NCBI GenBank assembly: GCA_963776695.1
Contig: CAVZNU010000011.1
Location: forward strand, 164,165 to 228,164
Origin: an uncultured Acidobacteriota bacterium
GTDB lineage: Bacteria; Acidobacteriota; Terriglobia; Acidiferrales; UBA7541
Length of the DNA: 64,000 nt
Direction of reading: 5' to 3'
Shown: positions 10,500 to 20,103 of the stretch, piece after piece
Layout: the number at the start of each line of letters is the position of its first letter
Position numbering within the stretch: the stretch's first letter is position 1
Made by a program: the position numbers and the translations under genes
The notes under the pieces: model-generated
Databases searched by the model: none
Told to the model about the DNA's origin: nothing
Seen by the model: only the letters and a program-made list of their open reading frames with translations

Positions 10500-10759
10500 G
10501 AGCTCCCAGCCTTTGTAGCGCCACCCTTCAGGGTGGCATCTTGGTTTTTCTTCGATGCGGCGGCCGAGAACTGCCACGTCAACCCCTGCCGGTCTGAAGC
10601 CCGGCGCTACAAGAGGCAAGAGCAGTCCTAGGTAGCTCCGCATTTGTAGCGCCACCCTTCAGGGCGGCATCTTGGTTTTTCTTCGATGGTGAGACCGAGA
10701 ACTGCCACGTCAACCCCTGCCGGTCTGAAGCCCGGCGCTACAAGAGGCAAGAGCAGTTT
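10500..10759. repeat. Tandem doublet (period 131 bp) of a REPIN-like element filling the lpxC / zinc-ribbon-gene convergent spacer
   Basis: Unit 1 core is 10513-10612 and unit 2 core is 10644-10743; the two are near-identical. Each core is bounded by TTGTAGCGCC...GGCGCTACAA. Each contains two inverted half-sites: tgtagcgccacccttcagggtggc, and the reverse complement of cctgccggtctgaagcccggcgctaca. Confidence 0.9.
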
Positions 10760-11572
10760 CTACTGCAAGATTTCACTATCCGCTGAGGCAGGGCCGGACT
10801 TTTCTATTCGAATCACTCCCGTTTCGTCCGTATAGAAACTCCGCATGCCGGTGGTTCCGCGGGTAACGGGATCCGCGTTCACGGTGAATCCGCTTGCACC
10901 CGGGTCCGCGCATCCTTTAGCCGATGGATCGGAAGAAGGCCTTGCGCTGTAGGTGAAAATGTAGCCGTGCCGCTGTCCACCGGCCAAAACAGGATCTACC
11001 AACATGGCATGCTCGCAATTTCCCGCTCCGCTTCCGGAACCGTCGAGCTGGGCCAAGCTCGTCGCGAAGCCATTCCCGAACTCCGAGCTGTACGTCTCAT
11101 TGGCAGAAATGATCGTTCGCAGAGAACCAACCGCGCCCGCCTCGTTCGCGGCCGTCTTCGCGCGCAGCAAATTCGGTATCGCAATCGCCGCCACAATCAA
11201 AATAAACGGAATCATCGCCACGCCCAGATATCCTAGAACAAGTCCCGCCACCGCCATCCCGTGCCCGGTCAGCCTCCCAGCCGATTTGCGGATTTCCGAG
11301 AGCGACAGGTGTCCGAGAATAATCGCGGCCACCGAAGCAGGAAACACAAGGAAGAAAATTCCGCAAATCAGACTCGCGAGAGCTTTGCCGCTCGACTGAG
11401 ACGGGCCGGCGGGATAGGGCTGCGGCGTCGCGGAAATTCCAGGCACGACTGGAATCGCAGGGGCGGTTCCGCCCGCACTCGCTCTCGCCGAAGGGCTGCC
11501 CAGCCCCGCTCCGCACTTGCTGCAAAATTGTGCTCCGTCCGCGTTCGTTGTGCCGCACTGGCTGCAGAACAT
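10760..11572 (-). CDS. Zinc-ribbon / DUF4190-like membrane / pilin-like domain fusion protein
   Basis: N-terminal MFCSQCGTTNADGAQFCSKCG zinc ribbon, then a Pro-rich linker and two TM helices (LICGIFFLVFPASVAAIILGHLSL, GMAVAGLVLGYLGVAMIPFILIVAAIA). These run into AIPNLLRAKTAANEAGAVGSLRTI, the conserved helix of type IV pilin/pseudopilin, but without a G-FTLIE prepilin cleavage site. Confidence 0.8.
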   Translation of the reverse strand: MFCSQCGTTNADGAQFCSKCGAGLGSPSARASAGGTAPAIPVVPGISATPQPYPAGPSQSSGKALASLICGIFFLVFPASVAAIILGHLSLSEIRKSAGRLTGHGMAVAGLVLGYLGVAMIPFILIVAAIAIPNLLRAKTAANEAGAVGSLRTIISANETYSSEFGNGFATSLAQLDGSGSGAGNCEHAMLVDPVLAGGQRHGYIFTYSARPSSDPSAKGCADPGASGFTVNADPVTRGTTGMRSFYTDETGVIRIEKSGPASADSEILQ

Positions 11573-11827
11573 TCGTCGCCTCCCTGAGATACTCCCGCTT
11601 GAAATTAATCCTCTGGTTATCGCTTCTGCCGATAAATGTCAATCGTGTTCGGTGAAGGTTGAATCGGCTCCGTTTGGGCACGCGCAGCGGGGGCCCAAAA
11701 GATCCGGCGAGACGCCGGCGTCACCGAATGGCACGATCGCGGTTAGGTCAGCGGAGTTCTGGCACGATTGAGCTTGTCTGCTGATTTGAACCAACGTCAA
11801 CAACTGCCGGTCCCGCGACCCGTCCGG

Positions 11828-11887
11828 GCCGAGAACTGCCACGTCAACACCTGTCGGGCTTAAGTCCGACGCTACAAAGCCAAGAGC
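11828..11887. repeat. Single half-copy of the family-2 REP element
   Basis: gccgagaactgccacgtcaacacctgtcgggcttaagtccgacgctacaaagccaagagc matches the right half of the 10.5-kb units. The hairpin is altered in a way that preserves pairing (gtcgggc-ttaa-gtccgac). Confidence 0.8.
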
Positions 11888-11953
11888 GTGGTGGCAACAG
11901 GGGTGGGGCTTCGACATTGCCAAAGCTGGCAGCGCACGCGACAATATCCACTG

Positions 11954-13441
11954 ATGCCTGCCAACTCCGACACTGCCATCATCATCCTCGCCGCCGGCAA
12001 AGGCACGCGCATGCGCTCCGACATCGCGAAAGTGCTCCATCGCGCGGGCGGACGCACGCTTATCGAGCACGTGATCCGCGCCTGCCTGCCGCTTAAGCCC
12101 GCGCAGCTTCTTGTGGTCGTCGGCCATCAAGCCGACGAAGTTGCGTTGGTGGCAGAAAGCTTTAGTGCGCAGGTCGTTGTGCAACAGCCGCAACGCGGCA
12201 CCGGCCATGCCCTCCAAATCGCACGCCGCGCGATCCGCAAAAGCGCGAAGCTCGCGCTCGTGGTTCCCGGTGACGCGCCGCTTCTCCGCACCGAATCGCT
12301 CGCCGCCCTTCTCGACGCGCACCGCCGCGGCGAAGCCGCTGCCACCGTGCTCAGCGCCGAACTCGCCGACCCAACCGACTACGGCCGGATCGTTCGCGAT
12401 GCTGAAGGCCGCGTCGAGGCGATCGTCGAAGACAAAGCTGCGACGCCCGACCAGCGGGCGATCCGCGAAGTGAATTCCAGCATTTATTCCTTCACGCTCG
12501 CGAAACTCTGGCCTGCGCTTGCCGCGCTGCGTCCAAACAACGCACACCGCGAACTCTATCTCACCGACGCGATCGCGCTCCTTCGCCAGCACAACGAACG
12601 CGTTCTGGCGCAAATCGCCGCCGACGCGAACGAAATTCTCGGTTGCAACACGCGCGTGAGCCTCGCCGACGTGGACCGAATTTTCCGCGCTCGCAAAGCC
12701 GCCGAATTGATGGAAGCCGGCGTGACGATCTATTTACCTGAAACTGTCGTGATCGATCCAGACGTTACCGCTGGGCCGGACACGATCATCGAGCCGTGCG
12801 TTCAGCTCCTCGCCGGGACGCGCATCGGCGCGCGCTGCAAAATTCAAACCGGCAGCGTGCTGCATGATGTCCGCATCGACGACGACGTAACCGTCGGCGC
12901 GCATTGCGTCGCCACCTCCAGCCGTCTTCACGCGAAATCTTCGATCGGACCGTTCTCGCGCTTGCGTCCCGGCGCCGATATTCGCTCCGGCGCGCACATT
13001 GGCAATTTTGTGGAAGTAAAAAAATCGGTGATCCACGAAGGCGCGAAAGCGATGCACCTCACGTATCTCGGGGATGCGTCGGTCGGCCGCGATTCCAATA
13101 TCGGCGCCGGGACGATTACGTGCAATTACGATGGAGTCGCAAAATATCCCACAACGATCGGCAATCGCGTTTTCATCGGAAGTGATACCGCGCTTGTCGC
13201 GCCGATTCGCATCGGTGACGGAGCATACGTGGCCGCCGGGTCGACGCTCACTGAAAATGTTCCCGCCGACGCGCTCGCCGTCGCGCGCAGCCGCCAGGCG
13301 AACAAGCCGGGCTGGGCCCGACAGCGCCGGCTCGCGCTGAAAAACGCGAAGCGTGACGGAGGACGCGCAAAACCGGAACGCCGCGCGCGCCCGAAGCGCA
13401 GGTCGCGCCGAAAGTCCCCAAAGCCCCGCCGCAAGCGATAG
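11954..13441 (+). CDS. glmU: Bifunctional UDP-N-acetylglucosamine diphosphorylase / glucosamine-1-phosphate N-acetyltransferase with a basic C-terminal tail
   Basis: ATG 11954 gives MPANSDTAIIILAAGKGTRMRSD (the GlmU LAAGKGTRM signature). Left-handed beta-helix hexapeptide repeats follow in the C-terminal half. The protein ends in a roughly 35-aa Lys/Arg-rich extension. Track ORF starts at 11888. Confidence 0.92.
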   Translation: MPANSDTAIIILAAGKGTRMRSDIAKVLHRAGGRTLIEHVIRACLPLKPAQLLVVVGHQADEVALVAESFSAQVVVQQPQRGTGHALQIARRAIRKSAKLALVVPGDAPLLRTESLAALLDAHRRGEAAATVLSAELADPTDYGRIVRDAEGRVEAIVEDKAATPDQRAIREVNSSIYSFTLAKLWPALAALRPNNAHRELYLTDAIALLRQHNERVLAQIAADANEILGCNTRVSLADVDRIFRARKAAELMEAGVTIYLPETVVIDPDVTAGPDTIIEPCVQLLAGTRIGARCKIQTGSVLHDVRIDDDVTVGAHCVATSSRLHAKSSIGPFSRLRPGADIRSGAHIGNFVEVKKSVIHEGAKAMHLTYLGDASVGRDSNIGAGTITCNYDGVAKYPTTIGNRVFIGSDTALVAPIRIGDGAYVAAGSTLTENVPADALAVARSRQANKPGWARQRRLALKNAKRDGGRAKPERRARPKRRSRRKSPKPRRKR

Positions 13442-13450
13442 TTTTCAGCG

Positions 13451-14560
13451 TTAGTGCTTCGATTCCTCGAGCAATTCCTTCAAATACCGCTGCCAGACGG
13501 TCGCGTAGGTGTGCGTACCATGGCCGTGCGTTTGATCGGAGATTGGAATCAGAACGAAGCGGCCATTCTTCACGTGCTTGATCTCACGCTCGGCGATTCC
13601 CAGCTCGGGCGGATTGATAAAATCGTCCGCAGAATTCACAAACATTACCCATGCCTGGATTTTCTCGAGTTGCGCCGAAGGATCGTAGTGCCGGGACGCG
13701 TTGAAAGCATAGAGCAAATCGTTCGCGTCGAATCCCGCGGCAAGCTGTTTTTCCGCGCCGGCTAGAAATTTGTCCGCTGCGTCGCGAGTCGGATAGTTTT
13801 TCTGCGCTAGCAGCGGCGCGCTTGTGACCAGGACGAATATATCGGCGGCGCGTCGCAGCGCCTCCTGCGGCTCGGTGGTGTAGTCGCCATTCTTCCACTC
13901 GGGATTTTCTTGAATCGCATTGATTACCATGATGCGAAACATCCGGTTGCGTCCGGCGATTTCGACGGGCTCGCACGCGAGCGGCATCAGGGCGTCCACA
14001 AAATCCGGATAGGTCTCGCCCCACACCCAGGAATGCATGCAACCCATCGACGTCCCCATCACGAGCCGGAGGTGATTTACGCCCAGGCCTTTTTCGACGA
14101 GCTCATGCTGCGCGGTCACCATGTCGTCGTAGTCATAGTGTGGAAATTTCATGCGCAAACTATCGCTCGGCTTGCTCGATTTTCCGTGGCCGATGCTGTC
14201 GGGGACAATCACGTAGTAGCGCGAGGCGTCAAGCAATCCGCCCGGAGCGAACAGCACGCCGGCAAAAATCGGATTCAGGAGACTTCGCGAGCTGCCGCTC
14301 GTGCCATGAAGAGCCAGCACCGCGTTCGTCACGCGCCCGTTCTTGTCGCGCTCGGGCTTGCCGAACGTGACGTAATGCATGCGCAGTTCGGGGAGCGATT
14401 CGCCCGACTTGAAGTGAAAATCGTGAATCACGTAGTCGGCTTCGAGGCCCGCTGGTACGCCTTCGCCGAATTGCGCTGTGGCTTGTGCGCGTGCTGGAAC
14501 TGCAGACAGAAAGAAAATAGCGGCTATGCTGAACATGAAATTCAATTTGCGATGATTCAA
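13451..14560 (-). CDS. Exported alpha/beta-fold hydrolase (homoserine O-acetyltransferase-like fold family)
   Basis: Signal peptide MNHRKLNFMFSIAAIFFLSAVPARAQ if TTG 14560 is used (GGAGA lies 7 nt upstream); ATG 14536 is the alternative start. Contains a nucleophile-elbow-like GTSMGC motif and LHGTSGS. Track ORF start is 14626. Confidence 0.8.
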   Translation of the reverse strand: MNHRKLNFMFSIAAIFFLSAVPARAQATAQFGEGVPAGLEADYVIHDFHFKSGESLPELRMHYVTFGKPERDKNGRVTNAVLALHGTSGSSRSLLNPIFAGVLFAPGGLLDASRYYVIVPDSIGHGKSSKPSDSLRMKFPHYDYDDMVTAQHELVEKGLGVNHLRLVMGTSMGCMHSWVWGETYPDFVDALMPLACEPVEIAGRNRMFRIMVINAIQENPEWKNGDYTTEPQEALRRAADIFVLVTSAPLLAQKNYPTRDAADKFLAGAEKQLAAGFDANDLLYAFNASRHYDPSAQLEKIQAWVMFVNSADDFINPPELGIAEREIKHVKNGRFVLIPISDQTHGHGTHTYATVWQRYLKELLEESKH

Positions 14561-14712
14561 ATGGGCGTCTCCTTCGTTCGAGTTGCCGGCCAGCTCGACT
14601 CTGGTGCAGCAGCGTACGGCGCGCAAAGCCGATGGTCAAGATGTCTGAACGTGATGCCGAAACTTCCAGAGAAGTATGCATGTGCTAAAATAGCTGCGCG
14701 GAGAACCGCGAA

Positions 14713-15459
14713 ATGAAATTTGGAGTGGTGCAGTTTCCCGGGTCGAATTGCGATGACGATGCCTGCCACGCGATCTCGTCCGTGATCGGACAGCCTGTCG
14801 ATTTCATCTGGCACCAGTCTGAAGATCTCGCCGGTTACGACGCGATTATCCTGCCCGGCGGCTTCGCGTATGGCGATTACCTGCGGACTGGCGCGATTGC
14901 GCGCTTTTCTCCTGTGATGAAGGCGGTGGATGCGTTTGCGCGGTCCGGCGGCCTTGTGCTGGGGATTTGCAACGGATTTCAGATTCTTCTCGAAGCGGGA
15001 TTGCTGCCTGGCGCGATGCTGCGGAATAAAGGATTGCGGTATTTGTGCCGGCACGTCCATATCCGCGTGGAGCGCACCGATACGCCTTTCACCGGCGCGG
15101 CGCATCGCGGCGATGTGCTGAAAATTCCGATTGCGCACAACGAAGGAAATTATTTTTGCGACGCTGCGACGCTCGGCGAGCTAGAGCGCAACAACCAGAT
15201 TATTTTCAGGTATGTGCGGCCGAACGGAACGGATGCCGTGGAAGGCGATCGGGAAGCCAATCCGAATGGGTCGCTGCGGGCGATTGCCGGGATTTGCAAC
15301 CGCGAACGAAATGTTCTTGGACTGATGCCGCATCCGGAGAGGGCGGTGGAATCGCCGCTGGGCTCGTCGGATGGGCTCGTGATTTTCCAGTCGATGGTCG
15401 AATACCTCACGCGCAACGAACGGAAAAAAGATAGCGGCCGAATTGCAGTGACGGCGTAG
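14713..15459 (+). CDS. purQ: Phosphoribosylformylglycinamidine synthase, glutaminase subunit
   Basis: [16 protein letters not shown]...[18 protein letters not shown]...[10 protein letters not shown]...MPHPER are classic PurQ triad motifs. Confidence 0.95.
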   Translation: MKFGVVQFPGSNCDDDACHAISSVIGQPVDFIWHQSEDLAGYDAIILPGGFAYGDYLRTGAIARFSPVMKAVDAFARSGGLVLGICNGFQILLEAGLLPGAMLRNKGLRYLCRHVHIRVERTDTPFTGAAHRGDVLKIPIAHNEGNYFCDAATLGELERNNQIIFRYVRPNGTDAVEGDREANPNGSLRAIAGICNRERNVLGLMPHPERAVESPLGSSDGLVIFQSMVEYLTRNERKKDSGRIAVTA

Positions 15460-15480
15460 GACATCCACAAAAATTCATTC

Positions 15481-17949
15481 ATGACCCAAAAGGCCGTTCC
15501 AACTGAAATCAAGGTGACGCCAGAGATGGCGGCCGAACATGGCCTCACTGCGGAAGAATTCGCACGCATTCAAAAAATCCTGGGGCGCAATCCGAACTAC
15601 ACCGAGCTTGGAATTTTCAGCGTCATGTGGAGCGAGCACTGCTCGTACAAATCGTCGCGCGTGCATTTGAAGCGGCTGCCAACTACCGGCAAGCATGTAG
15701 TGCAGGGCCCCGGCGAAAATGCGGGCGTGGTTGATATTGGCGACGGGCTTTGCGCGGTTTTTAAGATTGAATCGCACAATCATCCGAGTTTTGTTGAACC
15801 GTTTCAGGGTGCGGCGACTGGCGTCGGCGGAATTTTGCGCGATATTTTCACGATGGGCGCGCGGCCGATCGCGGTGCTGGACTCGTTGCGGTTTGGGCCG
15901 ATTAATACAGGGTCCGGCGTGGGCAGCGCCACTTCTGAGGAGATCGCTCGGAATCGACACATTCTCGACGGCGTGATTCGCGGAATTGGTTTTTATGGCA
16001 ACTGCTTCGGCGTGCCGACGGTTGGCGGCGAAGTTCAATTCGAACCGTGCTACTCGAACAATCCGCTGGTGAACGCGCTCGCGCTCGGCATCGCGCGTCG
16101 CGAGGAACTTTTTTTCGCGAAGGCGCGGGGCGCGGGCAATCCTGTGATTTACGCGGGCGCAAAAACCGGGCGCGACGGAATTCACGGCGCGTCGTTGCTT
16201 GCGTCAGCGGAGTTTAGCGAAGAATCGCAGCAGAAACGGCCGAACGTGCAGGTGGGCGACCCGTTCGTGGAAAAGCTGCTGCTCGAAGCGTGCCTGGAAG
16301 CGATGCGCACGGGGGCAGTGGTCGCGATTCAGGATATGGGCGCGGCGGGACTGACGAGTTCGAGTTCGGAGATGGCGTCGCGCGGCGGAATGGGAATCGA
16401 AATCGATCTCGCGCTCGTGCCGCAGCGCGAAACCGGAATGACGCCGTACGAAATCATGCTTTCGGAATCGCAGGAGCGCATGCTGCTCGTGGCCGAACGC
16501 GGACGCGAGCGCGAAGTTTTCGACGTCTTCCACAAGTGGGGACTCGACGCTGTGGAAGTTGGCAAAGTAACCGAGGACGGCAAACTGCGCGTCCTCGATC
16601 ACGGGCGCCTGGTCGCGGAGATTCCCGCGCACGCGATTGCGGAAGAAGGGCCCCGGTACGAGCGGCCGATGACTGCGCCAAAGCCTGCATCCTCCTCTGA
16701 CTTTGTGGCGCTGGGCATAAGCATGGCAGCTTTTCCTTTCGCACTCGCGGGCGCAGATCTCACGGAAAATTTCCGGGCGCTGCTTGCGTCGTCTGCCATC
16801 GCTTCGAAGTACTGGATCACCGAGCAGTACGATTCGATGGTTCGCACGAATACGCGATTTGGACCGGGCGCAAGCGACGCCGCTGTGCTTCGCCTGAAAG
16901 AAACCGATCGCGGCCTCGCGCTTTCGACTGACGGCAACGGACGCTGGTGCTTTCTCTCACCGCGCGTAGGCGCGATGCATGCGGTCGCGGAGGCCGCGCG
17001 CAATGTGGCGTGCAGCGGAGCGCGTCCTGTGGCCGCCACCAATTGCCTGAATTTCGGCAACCCTGAAAAGCCGGAAGTGATGTGGCAATTCAGCGAAGCG
17101 GTGGACGGCATCGCCGAAGCTTGCCGCGCGCTCGAAATTCCGATTACGGGCGGAAACGTGAGTTTCTACAACGAAACGCTGGGCAAACCGATTTATCCGA
17201 CGCCGGTTCTTGGGGTGCTGGGCGTGCTTGAGGATGCGGATTTCGCGGTGGGTTCCGCGTTTGACAAAGAGGGCGACGCGATTGTGCTGCTTGATGGACT
17301 TGACGCTGAGATCCTTCGCTCCGCTCAGGATGACAAGGCGCGCGGAGAGTTTTTTTCTTCTGAGTACGCGAAAACGATCCACGGAATCGTTGCTGGTGTG
17401 CCGCCGGCGATCGATCTCGGCGCCGAAAAGCGGCTCATCGAATGCCTCGTGAACCTTGCGAGCGCGGGCTTGATTCTTTCGGCGCACGATGTGAGCGACG
17501 GAGGCCTTGCCGTCACCATCGCCGAATCGTGCTTTGCCAGCGAGGGCCTTTCGGCAGACGTGAATCTGACAGTGGAGGTCACCGGGGGGTTGGGCACAGG
17601 AGCGACCGACGAGGAAGGAGCTCGTGAGGGCGGCTCGTCCCCTTGCTACGCGAGGGAAATCGAAACCGCCTGCGCTCGGGATGACAAGGTGTGGGGCAGG
17701 CAGAGGCCGGCCGAATATGTGCTTTTCCGTGAACGTGGGGCGCGCGCGGTCGTGTCACTCTCGCCCGCTTCGCTTGCCCGGCTCGACAAGGTTGCGGCAC
17801 AATATGGAGTGGCCGCGAATCGTATCGGTACCGTCACCCGCAGCGAATTTCGCATCCAAATTAATGGCTCGCCTGTTATAAGAGGAGACGTGACATCCTT
17901 CCGGCAAGCCTGGTCTGAATCTCTGGCAGCAGCAATCGAGAGCGCGTGA
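15481..17949 (+). CDS. purL: Phosphoribosylformylglycinamidine synthase subunit PurL (long, 822 aa)
   Basis: [41 protein letters not shown] and other PurL motifs. Its stop overlaps the purF GTG start (GTGA). Confidence 0.95.
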   Translation: MTQKAVPTEIKVTPEMAAEHGLTAEEFARIQKILGRNPNYTELGIFSVMWSEHCSYKSSRVHLKRLPTTGKHVVQGPGENAGVVDIGDGLCAVFKIESHNHPSFVEPFQGAATGVGGILRDIFTMGARPIAVLDSLRFGPINTGSGVGSATSEEIARNRHILDGVIRGIGFYGNCFGVPTVGGEVQFEPCYSNNPLVNALALGIARREELFFAKARGAGNPVIYAGAKTGRDGIHGASLLASAEFSEESQQKRPNVQVGDPFVEKLLLEACLEAMRTGAVVAIQDMGAAGLTSSSSEMASRGGMGIEIDLALVPQRETGMTPYEIMLSESQERMLLVAERGREREVFDVFHKWGLDAVEVGKVTEDGKLRVLDHGRLVAEIPAHAIAEEGPRYERPMTAPKPASSSDFVALGISMAAFPFALAGADLTENFRALLASSAIASKYWITEQYDSMVRTNTRFGPGASDAAVLRLKETDRGLALSTDGNGRWCFLSPRVGAMHAVAEAARNVACSGARPVAATNCLNFGNPEKPEVMWQFSEAVDGIAEACRALEIPITGGNVSFYNETLGKPIYPTPVLGVLGVLEDADFAVGSAFDKEGDAIVLLDGLDAEILRSAQDDKARGEFFSSEYAKTIHGIVAGVPPAIDLGAEKRLIECLVNLASAGLILSAHDVSDGGLAVTIAESCFASEGLSADVNLTVEVTGGLGTGATDEEGAREGGSSPCYAREIETACARDDKVWGRQRPAEYVLFRERGARAVVSLSPASLARLDKVAAQYGVAANRIGTVTRSEFRIQINGSPVIRGDVTSFRQAWSESLAAAIESA

Positions 17950-19361
17950 ACAGCAAACAAATCCATCTCGACGACGATCGGTTTCACGATCATTGCGGCG
18001 TGTTCGGCGTCTTCGGAAATGACGAAGCGGCGAAGCTGACGTACCTGGGGCTTTACGCGCTGCAGCATCGCGGGCAGGAATCGGCCGGGATCGCTTCGAC
18101 CGATGGCGCTGACGTGCGCGTGCACAAATCGCTCGGCCACGTGCAGGAAATTTTTACGCCGCGAGTAATTGCGTCGCTTCCCGGCGCGGCTGCAATCGGC
18201 CACACGCGCTATTCCACCGCGGGCGATACGTCGCTGATGAACGCGCAGCCGGTGGTGATCGATTGCAACAAAGGCAAAATCGCGCTGGCGCATAACGGCA
18301 ACTTGACGAACGCGATCGAGGTGCGGCGGCGGCTGGAGCATCGCGGGTCGATTTTTCAGACGACGAGCGACACCGAGGTGATCGTTCACCTGATCGCGCG
18401 AAGCGCGGCGCGAAATCTTTCCGGCGCGATTGCTGACGCGCTGAATCAAGTGGAAGGCGCGTATTCGCTGGTTTTACTTACGCCCGATGAAATTTTCGCG
18501 ATTCGCGATCCGCGTGGTTTCCGACCGCTCGCGCTTGGCCGCATCGACGGCGCGTGGGTGGTCGGCTCGGAAACGTGCGCGTTCGATTTGATCGACGCGG
18601 AATACGTGCGCGAAGTGGAGCCCGGCGAGATGGTACGGATTTCGCGCAGTGGAATCGAGTCGATCCGCTTCGCGCCGGAAAAGCCGCACCAATATTGCAT
18701 TTTCGAGCATGTCTATTTTTCGCGGCCCGACAGCCTGGTTTTCAACCGGCCCGTAAATCAGAGCCGCGAGCGCCTGGGGAAATTGCTCGCGCAAGAACAT
18801 CCAGTGGCAGCGGACATCGTCGCGCCAGTGCCCGATTCCGGGGTTCCTGCTGCAGTGGGATATGCGGCGGAATCCGGAATCCCGTTTCGGATGGCGCTGA
18901 TCCGCAATCACTACATTGGCCGCACGTTCATCGAGCCTGAACAAGCCATCCGCGATTTCGGCGTGAAGCTTAAATTGAATCCGGTGCGTCGAATGCTTGA
19001 GGGACAGCGAGTGATTCTGGTCGACGATTCGATCGTGCGCGGAACCACGAGCCGGAAAATCGTTCGGCTGGTGCGCGACGCAGGCGCGACGGAAGTTCAC
19101 GTGCGCATCAGCTGCCCGCCGACGATTTCGCCGTGCTACTACGGAGTGGATACGCCGCGCCGCGAAGAATTAATCGCCGCGAACCAATCGACTGAGGAAA
19201 TTCGGAAGTTCCTGGGCGCCGATTCGCTCGGATACCTCTCACTCGAATCATTGCGAGCGGCTGTGGAAGATACGGAAGGAAAATTTTGTACGTCGTGCTA
19301 CACCGGCAGCTACCCAACGGAGCTGGTGCAACTCGAAGTGGAGGCTCATCGTGGCAGCTGA
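17946..19361 (+). CDS. purF: Amidophosphoribosyltransferase
   Basis: N-terminal [11 protein letters not shown] (catalytic Cys), PRTase motif [13 protein letters not shown], and Fe-S cysteines near the C-terminus (CTSCYTG). Confidence 0.95.
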   Translation: MNSKQIHLDDDRFHDHCGVFGVFGNDEAAKLTYLGLYALQHRGQESAGIASTDGADVRVHKSLGHVQEIFTPRVIASLPGAAAIGHTRYSTAGDTSLMNAQPVVIDCNKGKIALAHNGNLTNAIEVRRRLEHRGSIFQTTSDTEVIVHLIARSAARNLSGAIADALNQVEGAYSLVLLTPDEIFAIRDPRGFRPLALGRIDGAWVVGSETCAFDLIDAEYVREVEPGEMVRISRSGIESIRFAPEKPHQYCIFEHVYFSRPDSLVFNRPVNQSRERLGKLLAQEHPVAADIVAPVPDSGVPAAVGYAAESGIPFRMALIRNHYIGRTFIEPEQAIRDFGVKLKLNPVRRMLEGQRVILVDDSIVRGTTSRKIVRLVRDAGATEVHVRISCPPTISPCYYGVDTPRREELIAANQSTEEIRKFLGADSLGYLSLESLRAAVEDTEGKFCTSCYTGSYPTELVQLEVEAHRGS

Positions 19362-20061
19362 GGCGGGAGAAGCGGTCATCGCGGAGAAAGTGGCAGCGAA
19401 ACAGCCCGACACGGTGAGCGATCGCGTCTGGCGGGAAGTGCTTTCGTGGGTTTGGGTGATTCTCGCTTTCCTCGTGATCGAAGGCGCGCTTGTGCAGGCG
19501 CGCGTGATTCCCAGCGGGTCGATGGAGCGCACGGTGCTGATCGGCGATCACTTGATTGTGAGCCGCTTCGGTTACGACATTGGCGTGCCGTTCACCGATC
19601 TTCACGTGCCGCTGTGGCGCGATCCGAAACGCCAGCAGATTATCGTGTTTCGCGCGCCGCTGCCGGAGCAGGGCTATCCGGATTTCATCAAGCGCTGCAT
19701 CGGACTTCCGGGCGACACGCTCGAAATAAAACAAGGCGTCGTTTACGTGAATGGAAAAGCGCTCGACGAGCCGTACCGCAACCAGCCGCCCAATCCAATG
19801 GAAAATCGCGCGGCCATCACCGTGCCGCCGAACAGTTATTTCATGATGGGCGACAACCGCGAGAATTCTTACGACAGCCGCTACTGGGGATTCGTGCCGC
19901 GCGGCAATATTATCGGCACTCCGGAGATCATCTATATGTCGATCGACGCGCCGGAAGACGTTTGGGAGCCGGGGCACGTCGCCGAGCGCTTTGAGACATA
20001 TTTCCGGGCGCTGATACACCCGCGCGAAGTGCGCTGGAACCGGCTATTTCATACCTTTTAG
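19351..20061 (+). CDS. lepB: Signal peptidase I
   Basis: SGSMERT (catalytic Ser box), FIKRCIGLPGDT (Lys box) and MMGDNRENSYDSRYWGFVP. The GTG start overlaps the purF end by 11 nt. Confidence 0.9.
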   Translation: MAAEAGEAVIAEKVAAKQPDTVSDRVWREVLSWVWVILAFLVIEGALVQARVIPSGSMERTVLIGDHLIVSRFGYDIGVPFTDLHVPLWRDPKRQQIIVFRAPLPEQGYPDFIKRCIGLPGDTLEIKQGVVYVNGKALDEPYRNQPPNPMENRAAITVPPNSYFMMGDNRENSYDSRYWGFVPRGNIIGTPEIIYMSIDAPEDVWEPGHVAERFETYFRALIHPREVRWNRLFHTF

Positions 20062-20103
20062 AATTCGAGATTCAACTGGCCCCTCCGGAAACGGGTTCAC
20101 TCC

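Noticed and set aside
10500-10759. Possible CRISPR array, because of the tandem repeats.
   Set aside because: There are only two units of 131 bp with no unique spacers of CRISPR size, and no cas genes. The unit is itself an inverted-repeat (REPIN-like) element that recurs singly elsewhere.
19351-20061. lepB embedded between purF and purM with overlapping stop/start codons, as a possible functional linkage.
   Set aside because: Tight packing and translational coupling of unrelated housekeeping genes is common. Nothing in the sequence suggests more than operon co-residence.
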